Origin: an uncultured Synergistales bacterium
GTDB taxonomy: Bacteria; Synergistota; Synergistia; Synergistales; Aminobacteriaceae
Length of the DNA: 64,000 nt
NCBI GenBank assembly: GCA_905235735.1
Contig: CAJOMU010000002.1
Location: 12,482 to 76,481 of the forward strand
Direction: 5' to 3'
Part shown: positions 10,155 through 18,027 of the stretch, piece by piece
Layout of the letters: every line of letters begins with the position of its first letter
How positions within the stretch are numbered: position 1 is the first letter of the stretch
Notes under the pieces: model-generated
What the model saw: the letters and a program-made list of their open reading frames with translations, nothing else
What the model was told of the DNA's origin: nothing
Databases searched by the model: none
Position numbers and translations under genes: made by a program

Positions 10155-13100
10155 TTATGAACTTGACGATGAATTATTGTTCGTGTATCCGTTGAGCTGA
10201 TTCAGAATTGCCGCAATCGAACTCGCCTGCTGTGATAGTCTCGCAAACTGTGTCTCTGTGTTTCCGTATCTGGTTCGCAGACTTTCTTCCTGACGGTCTA
10301 ATCTCTCCTGATACTTTTCGAGATACTCATCAATCGTCTTTATCTGGTTGTCTAAGTTCTCAATTTCACGCGTGAGTGTCCCTGATGTTTCACCTGTAGC
10401 TGAACTCGTCAGCATTGACTTAGCCCACGAATCAAATTCATTCGCGAACATCAGCATTAACTCCTGAACTTCATCTGCATTATCTTCAAGTGCTTCCATG
10501 AACTTGCTCGTATCGAATTCAAGTTCTCCGCTCTTTCCGTAATCCGTTGATGTCGTTGAAATTCCAAGCTGATACAACCCTCTATATGTGTAATTCAGTT
10601 TGAGTGCATTCATTGCAGACGTTCCCGACATTGTGATTGAGTCATTGCTCGTTGAGTTGATTACGAGCCTGTCATTTTCGATTGAGGCTTTGAGCAATGG
10701 CTGCTGAAGTTTTTTGCCTTCATCATCATAATAGATGTCATGCATAGGGCCGTCTTCAGAGTCGTCATTAATCTTATTCACAATGTCCTGAAGTGTATCT
10801 GTCGGCAATATTGAGACATCAACGAACTTGTTTGCGATTCTCAGTCTCAGGGTTGCATCATTTCTAAGGCCATTGAACGACATGTTTCCGTATATTTCTT
10901 CGGCACTTGTACGCTGAGTGAACGAAAACGTGAAGTTCTGAGTTGCTATGCTTCTCATCTTTGATTTCGTGTTCCTGAGAAGTGAATTTCCGTGAAGAAG
11001 TCCCCACCTCATTCTGAAATCATCACTGTCAATCGTTGCGGCAGTGTCCTTATCAACCTGGCTCTCAGTCATTCTCGTATTCATCCAAGTCATGAGGTCA
11101 TTGTATGTATCGACGAACGTCTGAATTGATTCAACAGCTTTCTCTGCATCATGAGAGACATCGAGGGATACTTCGCCAGTACCTTTGAGATGAATCGTCA
11201 TGCCTTTAATGAGTTCGTTATCGTAGGCTTCACCTATGTCATTTGAATCTCTCGTTATGGTTTCACCATCAAGAACGAGTTCTGCATTCTGTGCGGCCAT
11301 GTAGTGCTCTGAATCTGTCAGGTCGAGTTCGAGAGCTGCGAGAAGTTTTCCGTCTGAATCGTCGCTGAGAGTGAAAGTATTAGCATCATATGTGAACTCA
11401 GCTTTGAATTCATCATTTACACTTGGCAGGTCAGCATTTGCGGTTCTCTGAGGAGTTACCCAGTTGAAATTGAATGTCCTGAATCCTCCGTTAGTGCTGT
11501 TTTGAACTGCAAGACCTATCTCTTTGTTCATTTTATCCGTGTCAGTGTCTTTGTTATTAGCAGTCTCGGTGTCGTCAGTATCAGTATCAGTGTCAGTGTC
11601 ATCATCAGTTGCTTTGCTAGTGAGGTCATAAGTGTGGGTGCTTTTTCCCTGATAGCTTACTGATGTTATGCTGCCGTTCACGCTTGTGAATCCGTAATCG
11701 CGAAGGTCAATAGTGTCTGATGAATCTCGCACTCCCGAAAAACTCAATGAATTTCCGTTTGAGGTTGTGAGGTTGATTGTGTAGTTTGCATTTGACGGCG
11801 GGAAATACCATTCTGAATTAGTGCCTGTTTTCCATTCGACGAATGCATTTCCGTTATCGCCCTTCGTTATTTCGTAGTCTATTCCCTCATAGAATGTCTT
11901 CGAACCCTGAGAGATAGTTGAAGTTCCTCCGTCAAAATATGAGTATAACGGAGCAGTTCCGCTTGTGCCGGTTTGAATTGCATCAGTGTTTGAACGTTTT
12001 ACACTGACATCGATTGTGTTCTCTGAGCGTCCTGTGTATGTGAACGTTAAACGTGTTCCTGTTGCCGGAAGCGGACTCAGCCATTCTATCAGCGGTGAAT
12101 GTTCTTCTGAATCAGTATCTTCTTCACCCTCGATGATTCTGTAGTCAGTGCCGTATACGTATTCATAGCCGTCTTCGTCAACAAGTGAGAAGTACTCAGC
12201 AAATTCTGAATCAGTTGATGTGCTTTTGAGACCTGTATCGCTGAGTATCTGCTCATAACTCAGCTGTGTTCCGTCTATATTCCCTTTACCAGAATCGACA
12301 GTTATGACTGCCAGCTGTGTGTTTTGATCATCATAGTCTAATGATGAATTGATTCCGCCGCTTCTGTATGCATCGTATATGAGTTTGTATTCTACTCCTG
12401 ATTCTGGGTGTTTTGGTTCATCGGAGGAGTTTAGCCATGTTATTGCTCCTGTTGAGTTATTTATCGTGTAGTCTATGTTATCAGTGTAAGGATTGCCGTC
12501 AGCGTCAGTGAGTGTGAGTTTGCTCCAGTTAGAAGGGATGAAACCGAGAGCATCTTCGATTGTTGCAGATGAATTTATTATGCGTTCAGCGGTATTGTTG
12601 TACGTGATAGTTAAACCTGTCTTCGGCATTGATGTTGATGAATCCCTGTTGGTTAAGCTGGTAGGCCAATTATATCCTTCCTTTGCACTGACTACGGTTA
12701 AGAGTTTATCCCCTATTTTATCAGTAGAATATCTGATTGCGTAATCTTTGCCGTATTCGTAAGTATTGCCGCTGCTGTCAGTGAGTGTAAACGCTGCTTT
12801 GCCTTCAGCCTCGTCGATATAGGTATATGTGCTGTCTGTGAATTTATTTACACCTGTATCATCTATCGAGAGGAAGCCGGAAATAGTGCCGATACCATCG
12901 CTGTCGAGGTCTGGTACGCTGACAGATGCAGATGCGTTATCACTGAACTTGTATACAGCTCTGTATGCTGTAGTCTCTGTACTATTCTGGTCAAGCCATT
13001 GAATAACGCCTGAGCTGTTTATCACATAGTCTTTACCTTCAGTGTAGGTCTTACTGCCGTCAGAGATTACGACAGATGAATATTCCGAACTCCTGAGAGA

Positions 13101-15350
13101 TTCGCCGTTGGGCTGGAACACATATGACAGTGATTTATCTGTTTGAGATGATTTCACATCGCCTTTCATTTGGGAAGTAACTTCACCTTCGAATATGAAG
13201 TTGTAATTAATTCCGTTTGCAGGTGATTGAAGCATTCCGTATGTCGTCAAGTCCTTGTACTTCGTGTATGTCGTTACGACTGTGCTTGCGTCATTGATGT
13301 CAATTGTGTTGTCTGAATTCGCATCATCCGTAATTGCCCACGAAATTGTGTACCCGTTCCTGTCATCGTTCACGCGGATAACATAATCCTTGCCGTACTC
13401 GTATTCAGTATTGCCTGAAGTCATCTTGAATGCCGAAGCATCTTCAGGGTCAAGATATGTTCTGAGCACACCGTCAGCATCAGTGAGTGTTACGGTTGGA
13501 ATTTCAGTTGTTCCGTAAACCTTATTGTATGCGTTCTGAAGGCTCGTGAATTGGGCGTTAGTCAGTGCATCATCTCTTGAAGGTTCTGCGGCAGTATTTT
13601 CTATCCATTTTATTTCGCCGTAATCATCTCTCGTTGGATCTGTTGCATTGACTGTAAAATCAGTTCCATATTCGTAGCCTCTGATTTTGAGTTTGCTTGA
13701 GTCGAAATTGGACATGTCGAAGTCAGAGCCTAATACAGTGGTGAGGAGTTTATCGTTGTCGGAAGCGTTGACCCTGCCCATTCTGGTGTAGTCATAACTA
13801 TAATCGTAGCTGAAGGTTGCTTTTCCAGTTTCGGGGGCTACAGGTGAATCTGTAATTCCTCTTTTACTCCTGTATGTATTAAATATATCATATTGCGTCC
13901 AGTACATTGCCCAGCTTCTTGCATTCGGGTTAGTATCATAGGCAATAACATAATCTCTACCATATTTGTACTCAGTGCCGTTAATCATCATCTTGAAGTT
14001 TGAACTGTCTTTGAGGTCAAGATATTGAATATCTCTACCGTTGACCTCAAATGTTGCAATAGGAAGTTCATCGCCTGAGTTGTTGTTCGCGTAATAAGTA
14101 TTGAGTTCATCATAGTCGAGATCGATTTGTTTTGTTGTACCTGAATCTTCGGAAGAAACTGAATAAGTCCCAGTAGCCTTGTCATCATATCTGACTATGT
14201 ACGAATCCGGCTCATTCGTTGATGTCGTTGTACTCGTTCCCTTAGTGCCGCTGATTGAACTGCTCACAGTATAAGTCTTCGTATAGCTTACGTTATAGCT
14301 GCTTGGTTCTGTGTATTCCTCTTTCTGTGAAAGCCACACTACTTTTCCTGCATCATCAAGCGTGAAATCTTTCCCGTATGTGTATGTAATGTCGTTCTCG
14401 TAAACAATCTTGATGAATTGTGATGAAAAGTCATCGTTGTCCTTGACTTTCAAGCCCGTAATGCTCGCTTCACTCGTTCCGTATGTGCCGGATGACTCGT
14501 AAATATCTCCTTTCCCTATCTTGTAGGTCGCAGTTACAGAATTTCCGAGCTTCACATTGTCGGTCTCCTCATATGGATTCCAGCGGATTTCATTCCCGTT
14601 CACAACATCATAATCTTTTCCGTAGGTCAGCTTCGTGCCGTTGCTGCTGCGAATCACAAAATTCTCGTTCTTTAAATCCGTATCACTCACATTGAAGGAC
14701 GTTATCGTGTTCTTGTTGTTCAGGTTGTATGTGAGCGTCTCTGTCAGTGAGTTTGAACCCAGTCCAGTGTTATCACTGCGGATTATCAGACGGTTATCTA
14801 CTACTGCTGCCGTTACCCCTATCGGAATATCAAGCGTCTTCACAGTGTTGTTGATTTTTGATTTTATCGTCTGAAGTGAATCAGTTGAACTTATATCAAT
14901 TCCTACCTTCTGACCCATCATGTTGATATACATCGTGCCCTTGTTCAGTCCCTGATCACTTAGTGCTGAACCTACACTTGATGCCGTTATCTGCTTTGAC
15001 CTGTTCGTCTGTGCACGTGCGAGTTTATTCACAACGAGATCATACACATTCACTTCTGCATCTGCATTCACCGTTGCTGTTAGTACTCCCTTGTATGATC
15101 CGTTCGTGTCTATTCGCTCTATGTCTACCTGCTTGGCCTTGTACGTTGAGGGGAGCTTCAAAGGTGTCAATGAAGATTGAAGGCTATTCATTGTAACCTT
15201 CATTTCTTCAAAGAGGCTCTTTTTGTTCGTCAGGTTTGTACGCTTGCTGACTTGAACCTGTGCGGGCTTGGCGGCATTAGTGATTATTTCGTCTATCATG
15301 CTGTCCCAGTCCATGCCTGAAGCTACACCTGATACACTCATTGTCGGCAT
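10155..15350 (-). CDS. fliD: Flagellar filament cap protein FliD, giant form (1731 aa) with a large repeat-containing central insertion
   Basis: The N-terminus SVSGVASGMDWDSMIDEII...SLFEEMKVTMNSLQSSLTPLK matches the FliD N-terminal domain. The C-terminus (GISTT...ELEFDTSKFMEALEDNADEVQ...LDNQIKTIDEYLEKYQERLDRQEESLRTRYGNTETQFARLSQQ) matches the FliD C-terminal coiled coil. The centre carries at least 10 [YF]x[YEV]G[KRT]D[YF]-x(8-25)-[IV]xW modules. Confidence 0.85.
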   Translation of the reverse strand: MPTMSVSGVASGMDWDSMIDEIITNAAKPAQVQVSKRTNLTNKKSLFEEMKVTMNSLQSSLTPLKLPSTYKAKQVDIERIDTNGSYKGVLTATVNADAEVNVYDLVVNKLARAQTNRSKQITASSVGSALSDQGLNKGTMYINMMGQKVGIDISSTDSLQTIKSKINNTVKTLDIPIGVTAAVVDNRLIIRSDNTGLGSNSLTETLTYNLNNKNTITSFNVSDTDLKNENFVIRSSNGTKLTYGKDYDVVNGNEIRWNPYEETDNVKLGNSVTATYKIGKGDIYESSGTYGTSEASITGLKVKDNDDFSSQFIKIVYENDITYTYGKDFTLDDAGKVVWLSQKEEYTEPSSYNVSYTKTYTVSSSISGTKGTSTTTSTNEPDSYIVRYDDKATGTYSVSSEDSGTTKQIDLDYDELNTYYANNNSGDELPIATFEVNGRDIQYLDLKDSSNFKMMINGTEYKYGRDYVIAYDTNPNARSWAMYWTQYDIFNTYRSKRGITDSPVAPETGKATFSYDYSYDYTRMGRVNASDNDKLLTTVLGSDFDMSNFDSSKLKIRGYEYGTDFTVNATDPTRDDYGEIKWIENTAAEPSRDDALTNAQFTSLQNAYNKVYGTTEIPTVTLTDADGVLRTYLDPEDASAFKMTSGNTEYEYGKDYVIRVNDDRNGYTISWAITDDANSDNTIDINDASTVVTTYTKYKDLTTYGMLQSPANGINYNFIFEGEVTSQMKGDVKSSQTDKSLSYVFQPNGESLRSSEYSSVVISDGSKTYTEGKDYVINSSGVIQWLDQNSTETTAYRAVYKFSDNASASVSVPDLDSDGIGTISGFLSIDDTGVNKFTDSTYTYIDEAEGKAAFTLTDSSGNTYEYGKDYAIRYSTDKIGDKLLTVVSAKEGYNWPTSLTNRDSSTSMPKTGLTITYNNTAERIINSSATIEDALGFIPSNWSKLTLTDADGNPYTDNIDYTINNSTGAITWLNSSDEPKHPESGVEYKLIYDAYRSGGINSSLDYDDQNTQLAVITVDSGKGNIDGTQLSYEQILSDTGLKSTSTDSEFAEYFSLVDEDGYEYVYGTDYRIIEGEEDTDSEEHSPLIEWLSPLPATGTRLTFTYTGRSENTIDVSVKRSNTDAIQTGTSGTAPLYSYFDGGTSTISQGSKTFYEGIDYEITKGDNGNAFVEWKTGTNSEWYFPPSNANYTINLTTSNGNSLSFSGVRDSSDTIDLRDYGFTSVNGSITSVSYQGKSTHTYDLTSKATDDDTDTDTDTDDTETANNKDTDTDKMNKEIGLAVQNSTNGGFRTFNFNWVTPQRTANADLPSVNDEFKAEFTYDANTFTLSDDSDGKLLAALELDLTDSEHYMAAQNAELVLDGETITRDSNDIGEAYDNELIKGMTIHLKGTGEVSLDVSHDAEKAVESIQTFVDTYNDLMTWMNTRMTESQVDKDTAATIDSDDFRMRWGLLHGNSLLRNTKSKMRSIATQNFTFSFTQRTSAEEIYGNMSFNGLRNDATLRLRIANKFVDVSILPTDTLQDIVNKINDDSEDGPMHDIYYDDEGKKLQQPLLKASIENDRLVINSTSNDSITMSGTSAMNALKLNYTYRGLYQLGISTTSTDYGKSGELEFDTSKFMEALEDNADEVQELMLMFANEFDSWAKSMLTSSATGETSGTLTREIENLDNQIKTIDEYLEKYQERLDRQEESLRTRYGNTETQFARLSQQASSIAAILNQLNGYTNNNSSSSS

Positions 15351-15393
15351 ATCTAATTTTAACCTCCTGTCCTGAAAAACTATCCTGTTAATC

Positions 15394-15422
15394 TTATCGG
15401 TGAATCGTCCGAATAATATTAG
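15394..15422 (-). promoter_or_regulatory. Candidate sigma-28 (FliA)-type promoter for fliD
   Basis: The minus strand reads ACCGATAA (15401-15394) against the consensus GCCGATAA. A weak TAAT/AATA -35 lies 15-16 nt upstream. The element sits about 45 nt upstream of the fliD ATG. Confidence 0.4.
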
Positions 15423-15425
15423 AAA

Positions 15426-15848
15426 TTACTCTATTTGTTTCAGTTCTTCGAGAGACAAATCGACAGCGTAACTTATCATATTTTCGCTCTTTCCAATTTC
15501 ACGCAGCTTACGGACTACAGCACTTTTCTTCTCACGTGCAGCAGCCAGTCCGGCCCTGTATCCTTCATCAATTAATGCCTGACGCTCGAACTTGCCCAGT
15601 ATACTCCAAAGTGAAAACTGTTCAATTTCCTTTGTATAATCGCTCAACGTACTGTCTTCAAGAGGTATATCAATAATCCTCTGAATAAATTCATCATTCA
15701 TTCCTTCTTCACGCAAACGCTTCACAGTTTCAAGCTGACGTTCGTAATCGCCTTCTGCATATGCATTCTCTAATTCGTTATCGTCATCTTCCTGATAATT
15801 AATAAAATTTGCCTTACTCCGAAGCAAATATGATTCTTTATCTGTCAT
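15426..15848 (-). CDS. Small protein made of Rpn-family C-terminal modules only; there is no nuclease domain
   Basis: YERQLETVKRLREEGMNDEFIQRIIDIPLED and LGKFERQALIDEGY are clearly homologous to YQRQLETVRRLREKGMSDTFIQDIVDVPYEE and LDKFNRQALFDRVD at the C-terminus of the upstream 281-aa protein. The start overlaps the upstream gene by 11 nt. Confidence 0.65.
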   Translation of the reverse strand: MTDKESYLLRSKANFINYQEDDDNELENAYAEGDYERQLETVKRLREEGMNDEFIQRIIDIPLEDSTLSDYTKEIEQFSLWSILGKFERQALIDEGYRAGLAAAREKKSAVVRKLREIGKSENMISYAVDLSLEELKQIE

Positions 15849-16683
15849 GCGTTTGCACCTTCATCCATTCTTCATATGGAACATCAACAATATCCTGTAT
15901 GAATGTATCACTCATACCTTTTTCACGTAAACGCCTTACAGTTTCAAGCTGACGTTGATAATCTACTCTGTCAAATAATGCCTGACGATTAAATTTATCT
16001 AACACGAAATTTCGCCTCCATTCTACATTTTGCCTCGCTGTTTTCAGAAGTCCATCCAGATACTTTATGAACGGGTCATCACATGTTTTGCCTACAATAA
16101 AGTTCAATAGATTCTTCAGTTCACCATTCACTGATTCATCTTTGCCGTATGTGTTCAGAAATATCGTTGAGGCTCCGTCTCCAAGCTCAAGCGTCCTATC
16201 TTCACAGCAGATATTCCTGAATGTGTATTCATAGCGGCCAAGTTTAAATGGATCAAACGTACATATAAATATAACAAAAGCATCTGGCATATCACTATAA
16301 CGTTTGGTCTCATTCCTCGTAAGTATATCGCTGTCTAACACTGAATGATACGCCCTCGTCCGACGAAATAAATCTCTGCTGTCCGTCGTCTGTATCTCTA
16401 TGTCATATCTCTTCCCGTTCTCGGATTTCGTATACACATCAAATCGTACTCCCCTTGAATCAAACGAATCTCTAAAGGGTTTCTGAATCTCCGTGAAATT
16501 TATCTCTCCTATTTCGATTTCAGGCAGAATTATTTTCAGAACTCCGGCACAGGCTTTCTTGTCGCTCATAACTTTCCCAAACATAAAATCATTCGAGAGA
16601 TTCTGATTCTCCCAACGTTCTGAAACAGGAAGAAGTTTCTCTAACTCGTCTACTGAATACTTTCTCCAGTCGAAACGTCTCAC
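15838..16683 (-). CDS. Rpn-family recombination-promoting nuclease / putative transposase (PD-(D/E)XK, TIGR01784-like)
   Basis: It shares family architecture and many identical blocks with the paralog at 42604-43524, including WENQNLSNDFMFGKV, DVY...D..IE(I/M)Q, RTRAYHS, VIFICxFDxFKLGRxxYTFRN and TIFLNT. Confidence 0.75.
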   Translation of the reverse strand: MRRFDWRKYSVDELEKLLPVSERWENQNLSNDFMFGKVMSDKKACAGVLKIILPEIEIGEINFTEIQKPFRDSFDSRGVRFDVYTKSENGKRYDIEIQTTDSRDLFRRTRAYHSVLDSDILTRNETKRYSDMPDAFVIFICTFDPFKLGRYEYTFRNICCEDRTLELGDGASTIFLNTYGKDESVNGELKNLLNFIVGKTCDDPFIKYLDGLLKTARQNVEWRRNFVLDKFNRQALFDRVDYQRQLETVRRLREKGMSDTFIQDIVDVPYEEWMKVQTHDR

Positions 16684-17969
16684 TAAATCAAATCCCCCTT
16701 CAGCATATCTTCTATGCTCTCACGTTCAACAACCAGTTTCGATTTTCCTCTCTCAACGAATACTACCGCAGGACGCAATAACCTGTTATATGAACTCGAC
16801 ATGCTGAATGTATATGCTCCCGTGTTGTACAATGCTATTAAATCTCCGGCTTCAAGTCTTGGAAGTTTCGCATTCTCAATCAATATGTCTCCCGATTCAC
16901 AGCACTTACCCACAACTGATACATGTGTTCCTCCGTCTCGGTCATACGCAGGTGCATTCGGTTCCTTCACACTCACTGCTTCATACTCTGCCTGATAGAG
17001 TGCGTATCTCGGATTGTCAGACATTCCTCCGTTCACTGCTATGTATGTTACCTTCGGAAGTTCCTTTATGTTTTCAACTCTGTATATCGTTATGCCCGCC
17101 TCTGATACTATCCAGCGTCCAGGCTCAATGATTGCTCTCGGAACTTCAAGATTATATTCTTCACACTTCGCGTATAACATCTTCATCATTGGGTCTGTGA
17201 AGTCTTCAAGTTTTACGCTCTGAATCGAAGGGTTAATCACTGCTCCAAATCCTCCGCCGAAATTCAATTCTCGAATCAGGACGTTCATTTCATTCTTCAG
17301 GTCTCTCATTAGACCTGTTACTTTCCCGATAGCTTTCAAATGGTCTTGTGGGTCAAATAGCTGTGAACCAACATGAAAATGCAATCCCCGAAAATCAATA
17401 TGTTCACTCTCCTGCGCATATCGAATCGCATCTCTTAACATTGGGCCTTCTTCTGGAAATCCGAATTTGCTTCCCGTCTGACCAGTCGATATGTATGAAT
17501 GCGTATGTGCATCTACTCCAGGCGCAACACGAATCAATATCTTCTGTGAACGTCCTGCTCTGCGTGCATATTCTTCAATCACTCTCAGTTCATCAGGATG
17601 ATCTACTATGATTCGTCCTACTCCAGAATTCACCGCAAGTTCAATCTCTTCACGGCTCTTCGCATTTCCATTCATCTCGATGCGTTCCGTAGGGAAATTC
17701 ACACTCAATGCCGTTTGAAGTTCACCATAAGATACGACATCAAGGCCAAGACCTTCATCTTGAATCAGTTTCACCATCGCACGAGTCATGAATGCCTTGC
17801 TCGCATAACGTGCACGCGTATTAACCCATCTCGCAAGAAACGTTTCGCGAATCTCTCTGCACCTTGAACGTATGATACCTGAATCATAAACATATAACGG
17901 TGTACCATATTCCTCCGCTAATCTCTGGCAGTCAACGCCTCCCCATATTAATCCTGACACTTTGAACAC
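16683..17969 (-). CDS. lysA: Diaminopimelate decarboxylase
   Basis: TPLYVYD, PLP-lysine context YASKAF, CESGD motif, 428 aa. Confidence 0.9.
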   Translation of the reverse strand: MFKVSGLIWGGVDCQRLAEEYGTPLYVYDSGIIRSRCREIRETFLARWVNTRARYASKAFMTRAMVKLIQDEGLGLDVVSYGELQTALSVNFPTERIEMNGNAKSREEIELAVNSGVGRIIVDHPDELRVIEEYARRAGRSQKILIRVAPGVDAHTHSYISTGQTGSKFGFPEEGPMLRDAIRYAQESEHIDFRGLHFHVGSQLFDPQDHLKAIGKVTGLMRDLKNEMNVLIRELNFGGGFGAVINPSIQSVKLEDFTDPMMKMLYAKCEEYNLEVPRAIIEPGRWIVSEAGITIYRVENIKELPKVTYIAVNGGMSDNPRYALYQAEYEAVSVKEPNAPAYDRDGGTHVSVVGKCCESGDILIENAKLPRLEAGDLIALYNTGAYTFSMSSSYNRLLRPAVVFVERGKSKLVVERESIEDMLKGDLI

Positions 17970-18027
17970 TCCTTATGAAGCATGATATTATTCTGGAAAA
18001 TTATAATCACGAAAAGGATATAAGCCA

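Noticed and set aside
4950-11610. Short periodic DNA repeats: the GGTTCAGGTTC-type repeat at ~4950-5350 and the GTCAGT/ATCAGT repeat at ~11530-11610. I considered them as a CRISPR array or intergenic microsatellites.
   Set aside because: They lie inside long ORFs and simply encode the EPEPE and TDTDTD low-complexity tracts. There is no repeat-spacer architecture, and I found no CRISPR array anywhere in the window.
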